64,000 nucleotides of DNA from an uncultured Roseobacter sp. (GTDB taxonomy: Bacteria; Pseudomonadota; Alphaproteobacteria; Rhodobacterales; Rhodobacteraceae), in assembly GCF_947492555.1 (NCBI RefSeq), contig NZ_CANLNE010000007.1:10302-74301 (forward strand), read 5' to 3'. Positions 27,209 to 36,290 of this stretch are shown here, piece by piece (position 1 is the first letter of the stretch; every line of letters starts with the position of its first letter). The position numbers and the translations under genes are program-made. Under the pieces are notes generated by a model, which saw only the letters and a list, made by a program, of their open reading frames with translations, did not search any database and had not been told where the DNA came from.

Positions 27209-28290
27209 GCCGCGACCTGACCTTGCGCTTCCATGGCCGCCTTCATTCTTGCTTCCAATGGCAATCCAATAGTTTCGAACAAGACAGCCGCTCCAAGAAG
27301 AACGCTCCTGCGCTGGCCATTCATGCGTGCGTCGTTCATGACTTTGCCTTCCCAGAGTTCCGCATTTCGTCTCGACCAATCCAAGGAAGAAAGCGACTTT
27401 AGCTTCTCAGGCCATTCCTGAGGATAGGCATCAATCAGGGTTCCCCCGAGGACGCCGAAGGCTTGAAGCAAAACGCCGTGGGAGTGCACCGTGTTTTGCC
27501 GAAGATCATGCGCGTTCAAGCTTCCGCCATCCAGTCTTTGCCAGTCGTCCAAAACGTCGTAGAGCGCATTCCAGAATTGTACCACGAGATCGAGCGTTTC
27601 CTCGCCAAATCTGTCTCCTGCTGGACCAACCATCCATTCATGTGCCTGCTGCAAACTGGACAATGTGTAGAGCTTGGTTGTTCGGTTTGAGAGTGATTTT
27701 TTCTCAAGCTCTAAAAACCGATTGAAGAATGGCACAATTCGAAACACGTCGACGGATAGTCCGGCGAGCGGATCCCTTTTGTCGTATAGAATATTCAGCG
27801 AATTTGATGGGCGAACGGCGTTCATATTTAAATCTGCAAACATCTGTTGACTTCGCTCAAGTCCACGGTCCGCAAAGATCACAACTGATATCGTTTCATT
27901 TTCCAAGGCTGGCCTTGTCTTCAACGCATCTTCAATTGCCGCTCTGCGGTGTTGGCCGTCATTTAGAATGATCCGCGCATCCATCGCAAAGCTGAGCGTA
28001 CCAACATTCTTCAGTGCCCCATCGTTGCCCGCTGCGGTGAATGTCAGGTCCCCATCAACTGAAGCGCAAAGCGAGGAAAGGATGTAATTGTCCCAATTCT
28101 CAGCAAGGTAATTTGCGATCTGAGGTACCCTTGCCTTTGAAAGCACCCGTTGGGCACGCAGGTCAGGCGGCAGATCATCGCCGTCGAAAATGAACAGCCT
28201 CGGCACCATTTTCATGGGGACCATAACAGTGTAGTACGCAGTACGAGACTGAACGCCCCGGATCGCCTCGAATGTCAGCTCGTTTGCCAT
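27205..28290 (-). CDS. dndB: DGQHR-domain regulator DndB
   Basis: RAQRVLSKAR, ILNDGQHRRAAI, QQMFADLN; first gene of the dnd operon with GGAGG RBS. Confidence 0.92.
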   Translation of the reverse strand: MANELTFEAIRGVQSRTAYYTVMVPMKMVPRLFIFDGDDLPPDLRAQRVLSKARVPQIANYLAENWDNYILSSLCASVDGDLTFTAAGNDGALKNVGTLSFAMDARIILNDGQHRRAAIEDALKTRPALENETISVVIFADRGLERSQQMFADLNMNAVRPSNSLNILYDKRDPLAGLSVDVFRIVPFFNRFLELEKKSLSNRTTKLYTLSSLQQAHEWMVGPAGDRFGEETLDLVVQFWNALYDVLDDWQRLDGGSLNAHDLRQNTVHSHGVLLQAFGVLGGTLIDAYPQEWPEKLKSLSSLDWSRRNAELWEGKVMNDARMNGQRRSVLLGAAVLFETIGLPLEARMKAAMEAQGQVAA

Positions 28291-28486
28291 CGCTACCTCC
28301 TAGGCTGGAAGTTAACGGACGTTAGTGTGGAAGTCTATACGCAGGTCTAAATCGTGAGCTCTGCGAGCCTAAGAAGGGTAGTTTTCTTGCCGCATCACAT
28401 GGCATCATGAGCATGCAACGGGGATCATTTCCGATACAGAAGTGCAGTTGGCTACTCTGACTGATGAGCGATGCATTTATCAGAGG

Positions 28487-30409
28487 CTATTGTCCAATTT
28501 CGTCCCCGAGCAGTTCGTCGATGAAGTCACCTTGCTCGCGGAAGACTTGCTCCCACTTTTCTGGGATCGGGTCCTCCCGATCCAAGGTTTCCGGACGCAG
28601 CTCACCGGCAGCGTATTCATTCATTTGCGTCTGCATGGACCGCGATTGCCGTCGGCGTGCACGCTCGCTTGTTGCAGTGGATTCGAAAGACTCGGGATGG
28701 GGTGCAGGAGGAGCGGGATTCGGGTCTTCTAACCAGGGCCCTACGCCATCAACACGTGGGGGATATGGAAAATCGCGGCCCGCCTGACGATCTGACAGAT
28801 TGATGAAAAAGGAATCCTCGAAGTATTTGATGCGCTGTGCACGGATCGGGTGCTGCGGTGAGGCCAGGATGATCACCTCATCGGGATCCATGGTGCGTGC
28901 CTCGGTCTCGGAGAGAAGTGGACGTTCCTCAAGACGAGAAGTCGTCGAGGTCGCGCCCAAAATGCCCTTGTTGCGACCATACATGCGGGTCACCGCCTCC
29001 CGGGTGGTGCTGCCGACGGCCGCCGAGACCTCGCGAACGGTACGCTGGTCGCGAGGCGTTATGTAGAGCTTGAGCCCTGCGCCGTTCTCAAGGCTTTCGC
29101 GCCCCTCGGGTCCGTAGATGCGATCGAGCGAGGCCAACGACTGCGCAATTATCGCGACGCGCCCGCCATAGGCGGCGAGCGAATGGATCGCCCGCTCGAG
29201 ATAAGGCATCGCGCCCATTTGCTGGAACTCGTCGATCATCATCATGACCGGCCACGGCTCGTAGGGACCCGGCTCGTTCTGCCGCAAACTGGCAATGAGA
29301 TCCGCGAACATGAGCCGCAGGAGCGGTGCCAGCGTCGCGATGTGATCTTCTGACACCACGATGTAGAGCGCGTGCGGTTTTTTCCTGAAGTTCGCGAACT
29401 CGAAGTCGCTTGCATCAGTTGCCGTCCGGACGGCAGGGTTGTCCCACTGCTTCAGACCGGCCGTCATCAAAGCCTGGATGTTGGACGTCAGCAGCCGCGA
29501 CGACGCGCTGGCCGCGTTGATCCAGAGCTCGCGCACCGTCGCTTCCTTCGCCTCTTCGGCATAAGCACTGTACTGTGCATTCTTGTAGTCCCCGCCGGTG
29601 ACGATCTTGTTGACCTCACCGAGCGTCGGTCGGCCGCGTTGGATCGCCAGAAGGCAAGCCGCGACGAATATCGATTTGCCCGCCTCGGAGAAGGTGTCGA
29701 GTGTCCTGTTGTCCTTGTCGAGGAAGAGGTCCGCCAGAATCGAGACTTCTGTGAACTGCTGGGCGAAGCTGGGGGCGGCCGCGATCCGCGCGAGCGGGTT
29801 GTAGCGATGCGAACTATTCGCCCAATCGAACGGGCTGAAGCGAAAGACCTCATCGCCGTTGAGCGCCCTCAGCCTTGCCGTCTTCTCGAAATTCTCGCCC
29901 TTCACATCCAGAACCACGACCGAACCTGCGAAAGACAAAAGGTTCGGGATCACGAAGCCCACGCCCTTCCCGGCCCGGGTCGGGGCCACCATCATCACAT
30001 GCGGTATGTCGCTCGCAGAGATGTAGGGCGCCTTTGACGCGGGCTTTCCCAGCTTGCCGCAGACAAACCCGGATCCCGGTGTCTGGAGCATGCCGTTCGC
30101 CTTGAGTTCACGTCTGGTCTGCCAATGTGCGGACCCGTAATCATCCCGGTCCTGCGCCCAGGTCCAGCTGAAGGCCAGAACCGCCAGTCCAATGGCCCCG
30201 AAGCCAACGGCGCCGAACGCAACCTTGAATGCCTCGGGATGCGCCGCGCGCAGACCCGCGCTCGCCGTCCAGACGGCAAACATGTCAAACTCGGCAAACC
30301 CCGTTCTCAACGCCAGTGCGAGATAGAAGCTCGCCGCGATCGTGCCGAGTGCCGTTCCACAGAGAGTCCCGACTGGCACGGCAGCCCAGAGAGGAAGCCG
30401 GGTGCTCAT
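28487..30409 (-). CDS. virD4: type IV coupling protein VirD4/TraG
   Basis: Two N-terminal TM segments, YGSAHW, Walker A APTRAGKG, LDVKGEN, MMIDEF. Confidence 0.95.
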   Translation of the reverse strand: MSTRLPLWAAVPVGTLCGTALGTIAASFYLALALRTGFAEFDMFAVWTASAGLRAAHPEAFKVAFGAVGFGAIGLAVLAFSWTWAQDRDDYGSAHWQTRRELKANGMLQTPGSGFVCGKLGKPASKAPYISASDIPHVMMVAPTRAGKGVGFVIPNLLSFAGSVVVLDVKGENFEKTARLRALNGDEVFRFSPFDWANSSHRYNPLARIAAAPSFAQQFTEVSILADLFLDKDNRTLDTFSEAGKSIFVAACLLAIQRGRPTLGEVNKIVTGGDYKNAQYSAYAEEAKEATVRELWINAASASSRLLTSNIQALMTAGLKQWDNPAVRTATDASDFEFANFRKKPHALYIVVSEDHIATLAPLLRLMFADLIASLRQNEPGPYEPWPVMMMIDEFQQMGAMPYLERAIHSLAAYGGRVAIIAQSLASLDRIYGPEGRESLENGAGLKLYITPRDQRTVREVSAAVGSTTREAVTRMYGRNKGILGATSTTSRLEERPLLSETEARTMDPDEVIILASPQHPIRAQRIKYFEDSFFINLSDRQAGRDFPYPPRVDGVGPWLEDPNPAPPAPHPESFESTATSERARRRQSRSMQTQMNEYAAGELRPETLDREDPIPEKWEQVFREQGDFIDELLGDEIGQ

Positions 30410-32316
30410 CAGAAGCTGATCTCATCGTCGAGATCGCGCGATAGCCCCCTGCCCCGCTGCATCTCGAGATGGGTGTCCCGGGCCAACGCCTCGACCTTGT
30501 CCTGCTGCAAGGCGGAGGCACGGTCGGTAAAGACCTGATCACCGGTCTCTTCATGGGTCAGCTCGAGGAATTCCTGCGTGACCGTGATCTGATCGATCCG
30601 GTTGGGAAGCACCTCTGCCAAAACCTCATAATTTCCCCGCCGCAGCTCCCCCAGACCTTCCTCGCCCAACTCCTTGAAGAGTTCGGCTCTGAGGGTACGT
30701 TCGACGGTCTCTTCCTGAGCCTCTGACAGGCTTCCGTCGCGCAACATGTCCGCGAGGTCCTGCAGATACGGGTTTGGCCCACGGTCCTCGTCATCGATCA
30801 CCTGCAAATCGTCCGATGCGCGCGACAGACCCGTCGCTATGCCGAGCTCCTTCGCGCGCTCCAGCAATCGGTCCATGAACCGATCGACTGTTTCCAACGC
30901 GCGATCTTGTTGATCGTCGCTGGCCTGAGCGAGATCGATGCCATCCTTGGCCAGAACCGCCGCCATGTCGCGGTCCACCCAATCCTGAGCAAGCCCATAG
31001 TTCATCGTCCCACCGGCTTCGATCCGGGCAGCCATCTCTTGCGGATCGAGACCGGCCCTTGCGGCATCCGCCTTCAGGGCCTCGAGGACAGGGTCCTTGC
31101 CCGATGAGAACGCAGCACTCAAGCGCCCGTCTCCGGCTCCTGGCGGATAGGACTCGGTCAAGTCACGCCCGAACCGGGCGCGCAGATCAGGGTCCGGCAC
31201 CATCTGCGAGAGATCACGAACGACACCCGCCGCCTTGGTCTCAAATCCCGGGCGTTCGGTGGCATCAAGTTCTTCTGCCTTGAGCCGTAGCGCTTCGATG
31301 GTTTTCTCGGCATAGTCGATGGCCTCACCGACCGTTCGAATTGTCTCCATATCGATCTCTCCTGCGGTGAATCTGTAGGTCGTGTCCGAGCCGATTGAGG
31401 CCGCCATGCGGCGCATCGCGTAGGCCAGGTGTTTCTGATCCATGCGATCCAGCACATCGGCCAGATTGCGGTAGTCCTTGGCAAACCCTATCACCTGCGC
31501 CTTGGCTATGGCCCGCTCTTCGGGCGACAGTGCGATCTCGCGCGGCAGGCGCGCCTCGTCCTTTGCCCGGTAGATTTCTGCGATACCTGGGGCCTTCTCG
31601 AAGATGCCGCGCTCGAGCCGGGTCGTGGCCTCCAGTATCACACCGTAGCGTTCGGCGATCTCCGCCTGCTTTTCCCGCATCAACTGCGGCGACATCACGC
31701 CCTCCGCCCAACAGGAGAACCAGGTGCTGTTGGCGAGGCCCCGGTTGTTTAGAAGGATATGCGCATGCTTGTGGGCCCGGTCATCATGCACCGAGAGCAC
31801 GTAGTCCCACTGATCGCCGTAATCCCCGCTTTCGAAGAAATGCTCCGCCCAATCGAGTGTGATCTCGCGTACCTGATCCACCGTGACGTCGGTCGGGAAC
31901 GACAGCAGCATATGCGAGGTAAACCCGAGCTTCGTCGTGCCCCTCCAGGATTGCGCCCAGGCCTCCACGATCTCCGCCTTCTGCGCCTCGGTCATCACGG
32001 CCTCAGCCGTCAGCGGGTTGGTCATCGTCGCGTAGGTGTAAACCGCCTTGTCGTTCACGTAAGACAGCTGGTTGCCAAGGCTCTGCTTCGTCTTGCACCC
32101 CCCTGCCCTGATCCGCTTGAACACCGCGGCGCGGCTCTCCGGCATAACCGACTTCAGCAGATTGCGCGGCGAGGCCCGGCCCACGCGCTGGTAACTGCGA
32201 CCCTGCCGCCGCACTGCCAGCCGCGTGTCTATGCGCGCCTGACGCTGACCCTGGATGCGCTCCGTCTCCCAGAGCTTGCCCATGACGGCGTGATAGAGGG
32301 CGAGCGGCTCAGACAT
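30409..32316 (-). CDS. virD2: VirD2-like MOBP relaxase
   Basis: Motif I Tyr (NQLSYVNDK), SHMLLSFP, 3H motif HDDRAHKHAHILLN. Confidence 0.9.
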   Translation of the reverse strand: MSEPLALYHAVMGKLWETERIQGQRQARIDTRLAVRRQGRSYQRVGRASPRNLLKSVMPESRAAVFKRIRAGGCKTKQSLGNQLSYVNDKAVYTYATMTNPLTAEAVMTEAQKAEIVEAWAQSWRGTTKLGFTSHMLLSFPTDVTVDQVREITLDWAEHFFESGDYGDQWDYVLSVHDDRAHKHAHILLNNRGLANSTWFSCWAEGVMSPQLMREKQAEIAERYGVILEATTRLERGIFEKAPGIAEIYRAKDEARLPREIALSPEERAIAKAQVIGFAKDYRNLADVLDRMDQKHLAYAMRRMAASIGSDTTYRFTAGEIDMETIRTVGEAIDYAEKTIEALRLKAEELDATERPGFETKAAGVVRDLSQMVPDPDLRARFGRDLTESYPPGAGDGRLSAAFSSGKDPVLEALKADAARAGLDPQEMAARIEAGGTMNYGLAQDWVDRDMAAVLAKDGIDLAQASDDQQDRALETVDRFMDRLLERAKELGIATGLSRASDDLQVIDDEDRGPNPYLQDLADMLRDGSLSEAQEETVERTLRAELFKELGEEGLGELRRGNYEVLAEVLPNRIDQITVTQEFLELTHEETGDQVFTDRASALQQDKVEALARDTHLEMQRGRGLSRDLDDEISF

Positions 32317-32893
32317 GGTCCACCAACTCCTCATGCACGTCTGACGCCTCGGGTTCCGCCGCGTCCCACCCCACGCCCCGTCGCTGACAGGCCGACGCTT
32401 TCAGCGCGGCCAGATCGCGATAGGTGCGCTGCGCGAGATCATGCAGCGCGACAAGCGTCGCACGGTTCTCCGGCGACAGCGTCAGCTTTCCGCGTTGCAC
32501 CGCCTTCGCCAGAATGCGGCCGCTGTCTGCAACGTCTTGTGCCTGCCGCAACGTCTCCGAGAACGCCCGGAGATCTTCTCGCATCAGATCAAGCAGCCCA
32601 CACCGCGCCCGCACAACCGCCTGCAAGGCCTGGCTGCGGCTCGTAAAGCCACGGGCGTGCCAAGCCGTATCGAAGTCGGCCATCTCTGAACGCGCCGCGC
32701 GGAAACTCACCGTGACCGAAGGGTCTCGAACCTCCTGTCCTTCGCCCCGCTCCTCTTTGGCAAGCCGGGTCACGTGTCGTCGCGACACACCGTAGGCCTC
32801 TGCCAGAACCTTCGGCGTTTCCCCGGCATGATAGCGCCGCGCGAGTTCGATCCGCTCTTCAAGTTTCAGGCGTTTTGGGCGTCCCGATTTCAC
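32309..32893 (-). CDS. relaxosome accessory protein (N-terminal HTH plus MobC-like region)
   Basis: HTH-like ERIELARRYHAGETPKVLAEAYGVSRRHV; VTVSFR segment; lies between nic site and relaxase and overlaps the relaxase start. Confidence 0.7.
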   Translation of the reverse strand: MKSGRPKRLKLEERIELARRYHAGETPKVLAEAYGVSRRHVTRLAKEERGEGQEVRDPSVTVSFRAARSEMADFDTAWHARGFTSRSQALQAVVRARCGLLDLMREDLRAFSETLRQAQDVADSGRILAKAVQRGKLTLSPENRATLVALHDLAQRTYRDLAALKASACQRRGVGWDAAEPEASDVHEELVDHV

Positions 32894-32926
32894 GTCTCAG
32901 ACCCCTCGGACAAAAGTCGCAGACAT

Positions 32927-32943
32927 TTGGCATATCCTGCCAA
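32927..32943 (+). other. predicted oriT nic site (TATCCTG^C), MOBP/T-DNA-border type
   Basis: CATATCCTGCCA matches the IncP/T-DNA border core; flanked by TTGGCA/TGCCAA inverted repeat; about 40 bp upstream of the mob genes. Confidence 0.75.
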
Positions 32944-33233
32944 CGTCCCTCTCATTTCATCTTCTGGGATACATCAGTTCGTGAATCTGCGCAATTTGTC
33001 TTTTTGCGCATCGTGTCACTACGCAAAATGCTGCCGAGTCGTCGGGATCAGTTTAGCACGGCTCGGAGCTCAGACCCTTGATGAGTCGAGATGCGAAGGG
33101 CCCGTACAGCTTTGCCATCGATGCGGGGCCACCGTGGGAAGAGGAAATGCTGGCGACACGCGTCTATTTAGGAAAAAGTCCGGCGTGTCGCGCTGATGCT
33201 TGGCGGGCCAGCGGAGCGGCCCGCAAGACAAAG

Positions 33234-33461
33234 TCAGGCCGGTCTTCCCCTTTGGTCGGTGACCACCATCCTGTCGGTCACGCTGACGAAGAGCGGCGTG
33301 ATGACATATTCGCCGCTCGCATCTTCAGGTGCTGTTACTGCGACGATAGCCGAGGCCGGCGCACCGTCCACGAAACAGGAGAAGAGCGCGAAGTTCTCGA
33401 AACGACCGGACGTCAGCGCCTCGAAGGCGCTGACGTGATCTCTGCGGATATTGGTGCTCAT
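33234..33461 (-). CDS. conserved plasmid hypothetical protein (75 aa), leading region
   Basis: NFALFSCFVDG..YVITPLFV; ATGA-coupled to the DUF2958 gene. Confidence 0.7.
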   Translation of the reverse strand: MSTNIRRDHVSAFEALTSGRFENFALFSCFVDGAPASAIVAVTAPEDASGEYVITPLFVSVTDRMVVTDQRGRPA

Positions 33462-33817
33462 GCGACGATCCCTCCGGCTTTGCGAGCGCTCTCGGCATAG
33501 GCGCTGAGGGTGCCGTCTGCCTTGAAGTGGAGGTCACGTTCGACGGGTAATCCGAGACGACTGCGGACGGCTCGAATTTCACTGAGGCGGACCGATCCGA
33601 TTTCGGGAAAGCCAAGCCCGAGGTCGCAGAGGCCGTGCGCGATATCCGGGTCTTCCGGATCGGTTTCGGAAAGCAGCCAGGTCGCTCCGGCATCGGGGGT
33701 GAAGAGTTTGACCACAGGATCGAAGTCGAGGGTGTCTTCGCCTGCTTCGATGCGGTCCTGGTTGGTGCGCCCGTTCGCAGCGAGCTGGTCGAGGATGGAT
33801 TGTGGCAGAAGGTCCAT
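33458..33817 (-). CDS. DUF2958 domain protein
   Basis: PVVKLFTPDAGATWLLSE, GLCDLGLGFPEIGSV, LPVERDLHF. Confidence 0.85.
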   Translation of the reverse strand: MDLLPQSILDQLAANGRTNQDRIEAGEDTLDFDPVVKLFTPDAGATWLLSETDPEDPDIAHGLCDLGLGFPEIGSVRLSEIRAVRSRLGLPVERDLHFKADGTLSAYAESARKAGGIVA

Positions 33818-33842
33818 GAGGTGTCTCCTAGATGTCGGTGTG

Positions 33843-33873
33843 AAAAAGGCCGGGACGGCAGGCACCGTCCCGG
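33843..33873 (-). terminator. intrinsic terminator
   Basis: Stem CCGGGACGG/CCGTCCCGG followed by a T-run on the minus strand, just after the 68-aa gene. Confidence 0.7.
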
Positions 33874-33881
33874 AGGACAGC

Positions 33882-34088
33882 TCATTCGACGAGGTCCGGG
33901 GCATCGCCCTGCCCGTCTGGCTTCGGCTCGAAGAGAACGAGCTGGCCGGTCACGGGCGTGGCGAAGAGCTGGATGGTGAGGAAGGATTTCGCGTCGGGCT
34001 TTTGCGGGAAGGCGACACCGATCTTGTGGAAGCGGGTCTTGCCGTCTTTTCCTTCGTCGGGTGTGGTGACGGTGTAGTAGCGGGTCAT
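33882..34088 (-). CDS. small beta-rich protein (68 aa), possibly ssDNA-binding
   Basis: GAGGAG RBS; GKTRFHKIGVAFP..LTIQLFATP pattern seen in small MGE proteins; function is inference. Confidence 0.7.
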   Translation of the reverse strand: MTRYYTVTTPDEGKDGKTRFHKIGVAFPQKPDAKSFLTIQLFATPVTGQLVLFEPKPDGQGDAPDLVE

Positions 34089-34509
34089 GTCGATCTCCTC
34101 TCGTTTTCGATGCAAGAAGAGACCGGGACCGTCCGGACAGGCTGTCAGGCGGAACTTTGCTGCGCGAGGAATGGCCGCGTCAGCGGACAGGGGAAAGTTC
34201 TGCTTGAAGAGAGCAAGCCGCGCGCGCAACCGTCAGTCGGGCCAGGTTCCGGAGATTGCATCCGGAAGAAAACGCGGGGAGATCGACCGGTCCCCTTCGT
34301 GGCGTGACATGCCAAGATGGAAGTGCGGCAGGGACGCAGCCCAAAGATGCGTCTGTGCTGAAGGACAGACCGCAGCTTAACTCCAACGGATCTGGCCTTG
34401 CCGCAAAAGGCGGGCTCGTCTTCTTCGGCTTCAGCCTAACGAGGTAGATTCGTGCGTCACTTTTGTGCCCTCTCAGGCTCTGGCCGACCTCGACATTGAT
34501 GGCATGGCG

Positions 34510-35364
34510 TTATTGGTCCGGCACCGGCTGCTCTCCCAAATCAGCCCGCGCGTCGCGAATAATTGCCCAGGACGAGTACAGGAACAGCGCCGCGATACCG
34601 AAGGCGACGATCAGGTCCGGCCAGCCACTGCCGAACCAGGCGACAAGTCCGGCCGCGATCACCACAGCGACGTTGCCGATGGCGTCGTTGCGCGAGAACA
34701 GCCAGACCGCCCGCATGTTGGCGTCTCCCTTCCGGTGCTTCAGAAGCGGCAGGACGGCGAGGATATTGACGATCAGCGCACCCACGGCGAAGGCACCCAT
34801 CAGCCCCGCCTCGGGGGCGGCCTGATTCAGGACGCGCCAGAACGTGCCAGCCACAACCCCAAGTCCCAGAAGGCCAAGGAACACGCCCTGGATCATGGCG
34901 GACCGGGCGCGCCACGTCAGGCTCCAGCCGATGGCGAGCAAGCCTAGAAACGTGATCGCCCCATCGCCAAGGAAATCGAGGGCATCCGCCTTCAGCGCCT
35001 GAGAGTCGGACAGGAAGCCGCCCGCCATTTCCACAACGCCGTATCCGAGATTCAGCGCAACCACGATCCAGAGCGCCCGACGGTAGGACGGGTCTTGGTG
35101 GGCTGGATCGGTCGAGGCGTCGTCGCCCTCAATCCGTTCGAATCCGTAGCCTGTCGCCTCTAGGGCCGGACGCACCTGCGGAAGATCGTTTTCCGCGATG
35201 CGCAGCGTCATTATGTGGGTTGCCGCCGAGACCTTGACGTTCTCCGCCGCGACGCCAGCCGACCGCGCAGCGCGCTCGATCTCGGCCGCGTCCTTCGCAC
35301 AATCCATCCCTTGCACCCGCATCCGGATCGGCGCGTTCTGCTCACTGGTTCCGGGCGTGTTCAT
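34510..35364 (-). CDS. CDF-family cation transporter with N-terminal HMA-like domain
   Basis: MRVQGMDCAKD HMA-like motif; SQALKADALDFLGD and WLFSRNDAIGN CDF motifs. Confidence 0.88.
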   Translation of the reverse strand: MNTPGTSEQNAPIRMRVQGMDCAKDAAEIERAARSAGVAAENVKVSAATHIMTLRIAENDLPQVRPALEATGYGFERIEGDDASTDPAHQDPSYRRALWIVVALNLGYGVVEMAGGFLSDSQALKADALDFLGDGAITFLGLLAIGWSLTWRARSAMIQGVFLGLLGLGVVAGTFWRVLNQAAPEAGLMGAFAVGALIVNILAVLPLLKHRKGDANMRAVWLFSRNDAIGNVAVVIAAGLVAWFGSGWPDLIVAFGIAALFLYSSWAIIRDARADLGEQPVPDQ

Positions 35365-36290
35365 GAGATCGCCTCACCATGCCCGCGCCCGCCGAACTCG
35401 GAAGGGTCGCCACAGGCGTGTCGCGCACATTCAAGCTCCAACGTCGTGTGCTCGATGTCGAACCTGTCGGAGAGGACGGACTTGATCCGCTCCTTGATCG
35501 CGTCGGCGTCATTCCAGCGGCCCTCCTCGATCACCACATGGGCGTCGAGCGCGGCGCAATGCTCGTCCATCTGCCAGAAATGCGCGTGGTGGATGCCGGT
35601 CACGCCGGGCACCCCGCGCACGGCGTCGAGAACGCCGCGCGTCTCGATATCTGGCGGCGATCCGAGCATCAGGATGCGGATGACCGGGCCGATCTCCCGG
35701 AAGGATTGCCAGAGGATATAGCCCGCAATCATGACCGTCACGATAGGATCGATCAGCCGCCAGTCGTAGAGCAGGATCAGTGTTCCGGCGAGGATCACGG
35801 CGATGGAGCCAAGCGCGTCAGCGACGTTGTGCAGGAACGCCGCGCGTATGTTCACGCTGGATTTGGACATGCGATAAGTCAGCAGTGCGGTAGCCGCGTC
35901 CACGATCAGCGCGATTCCCGCGATGATCACGATCAGCCATCCCTCGACAGGCTGCGGATCGACAAAGCGCATCGCTGCCTCGTAAAGCAGGTAGAGACCG
36001 ATCACGATAAGGGTCGTGTAGTTGATGAGCGCTGCAACCACCTCCACCCGGCCGTAGCCGAAGGTCATGTCCGCATCCCTCGGTCGCCGTGCGATCTTGC
36101 GCGCTGCAAAGGCAATGATGAGCGAAATCGCGTCTGAGAAGTTGTGCAGCGCATCGGCGATCAGTGCGAGAGAGCCGGAGACGATCCCGCCAATGATCTG
36201 CGCGACCGTCAGTCCAAGATTGACGGCAATCGCAGCGAACACCCTCCGGTCGCCCGCCTCGGGGTCTATGTGGACGTGGTCATGCGGCAT
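35361..36290 (-). CDS. CDF-family Co/Zn/Cd efflux transporter (CzcD-like)
   Basis: SLALIADALHNFSD, TFGYGR, AAFLHNVADALGS, C-terminal HAHFW/HVV/HTTLELE. Confidence 0.92.
   Translation of the reverse strand: MPHDHVHIDPEAGDRRVFAAIAVNLGLTVAQIIGGIVSGSLALIADALHNFSDAISLIIAFAARKIARRPRDADMTFGYGRVEVVAALINYTTLIVIGLYLLYEAAMRFVDPQPVEGWLIVIIAGIALIVDAATALLTYRMSKSSVNIRAAFLHNVADALGSIAVILAGTLILLYDWRLIDPIVTVMIAGYILWQSFREIGPVIRILMLGSPPDIETRGVLDAVRGVPGVTGIHHAHFWQMDEHCAALDAHVVIEEGRWNDADAIKERIKSVLSDRFDIEHTTLELECARHACGDPSEFGGRGHGEAIS

Larger units (their letters stand above)
13922..28486. mobile_element. horizontally acquired defence island between the convergent virB11 and virD4 genes
   Basis: Composition is visibly more AT-rich than the flanking transfer genes; twelve defence-type genes; no integrase, transposase or flanking direct repeats recognised. 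Confidence 0.6.

Noticed and set aside
34380-34510. Transposon or IS ends at the borders of the metal module (also 42530-42594)
   Set aside because: No terminal inverted repeats, target duplication, transposase or resolvase recognised.
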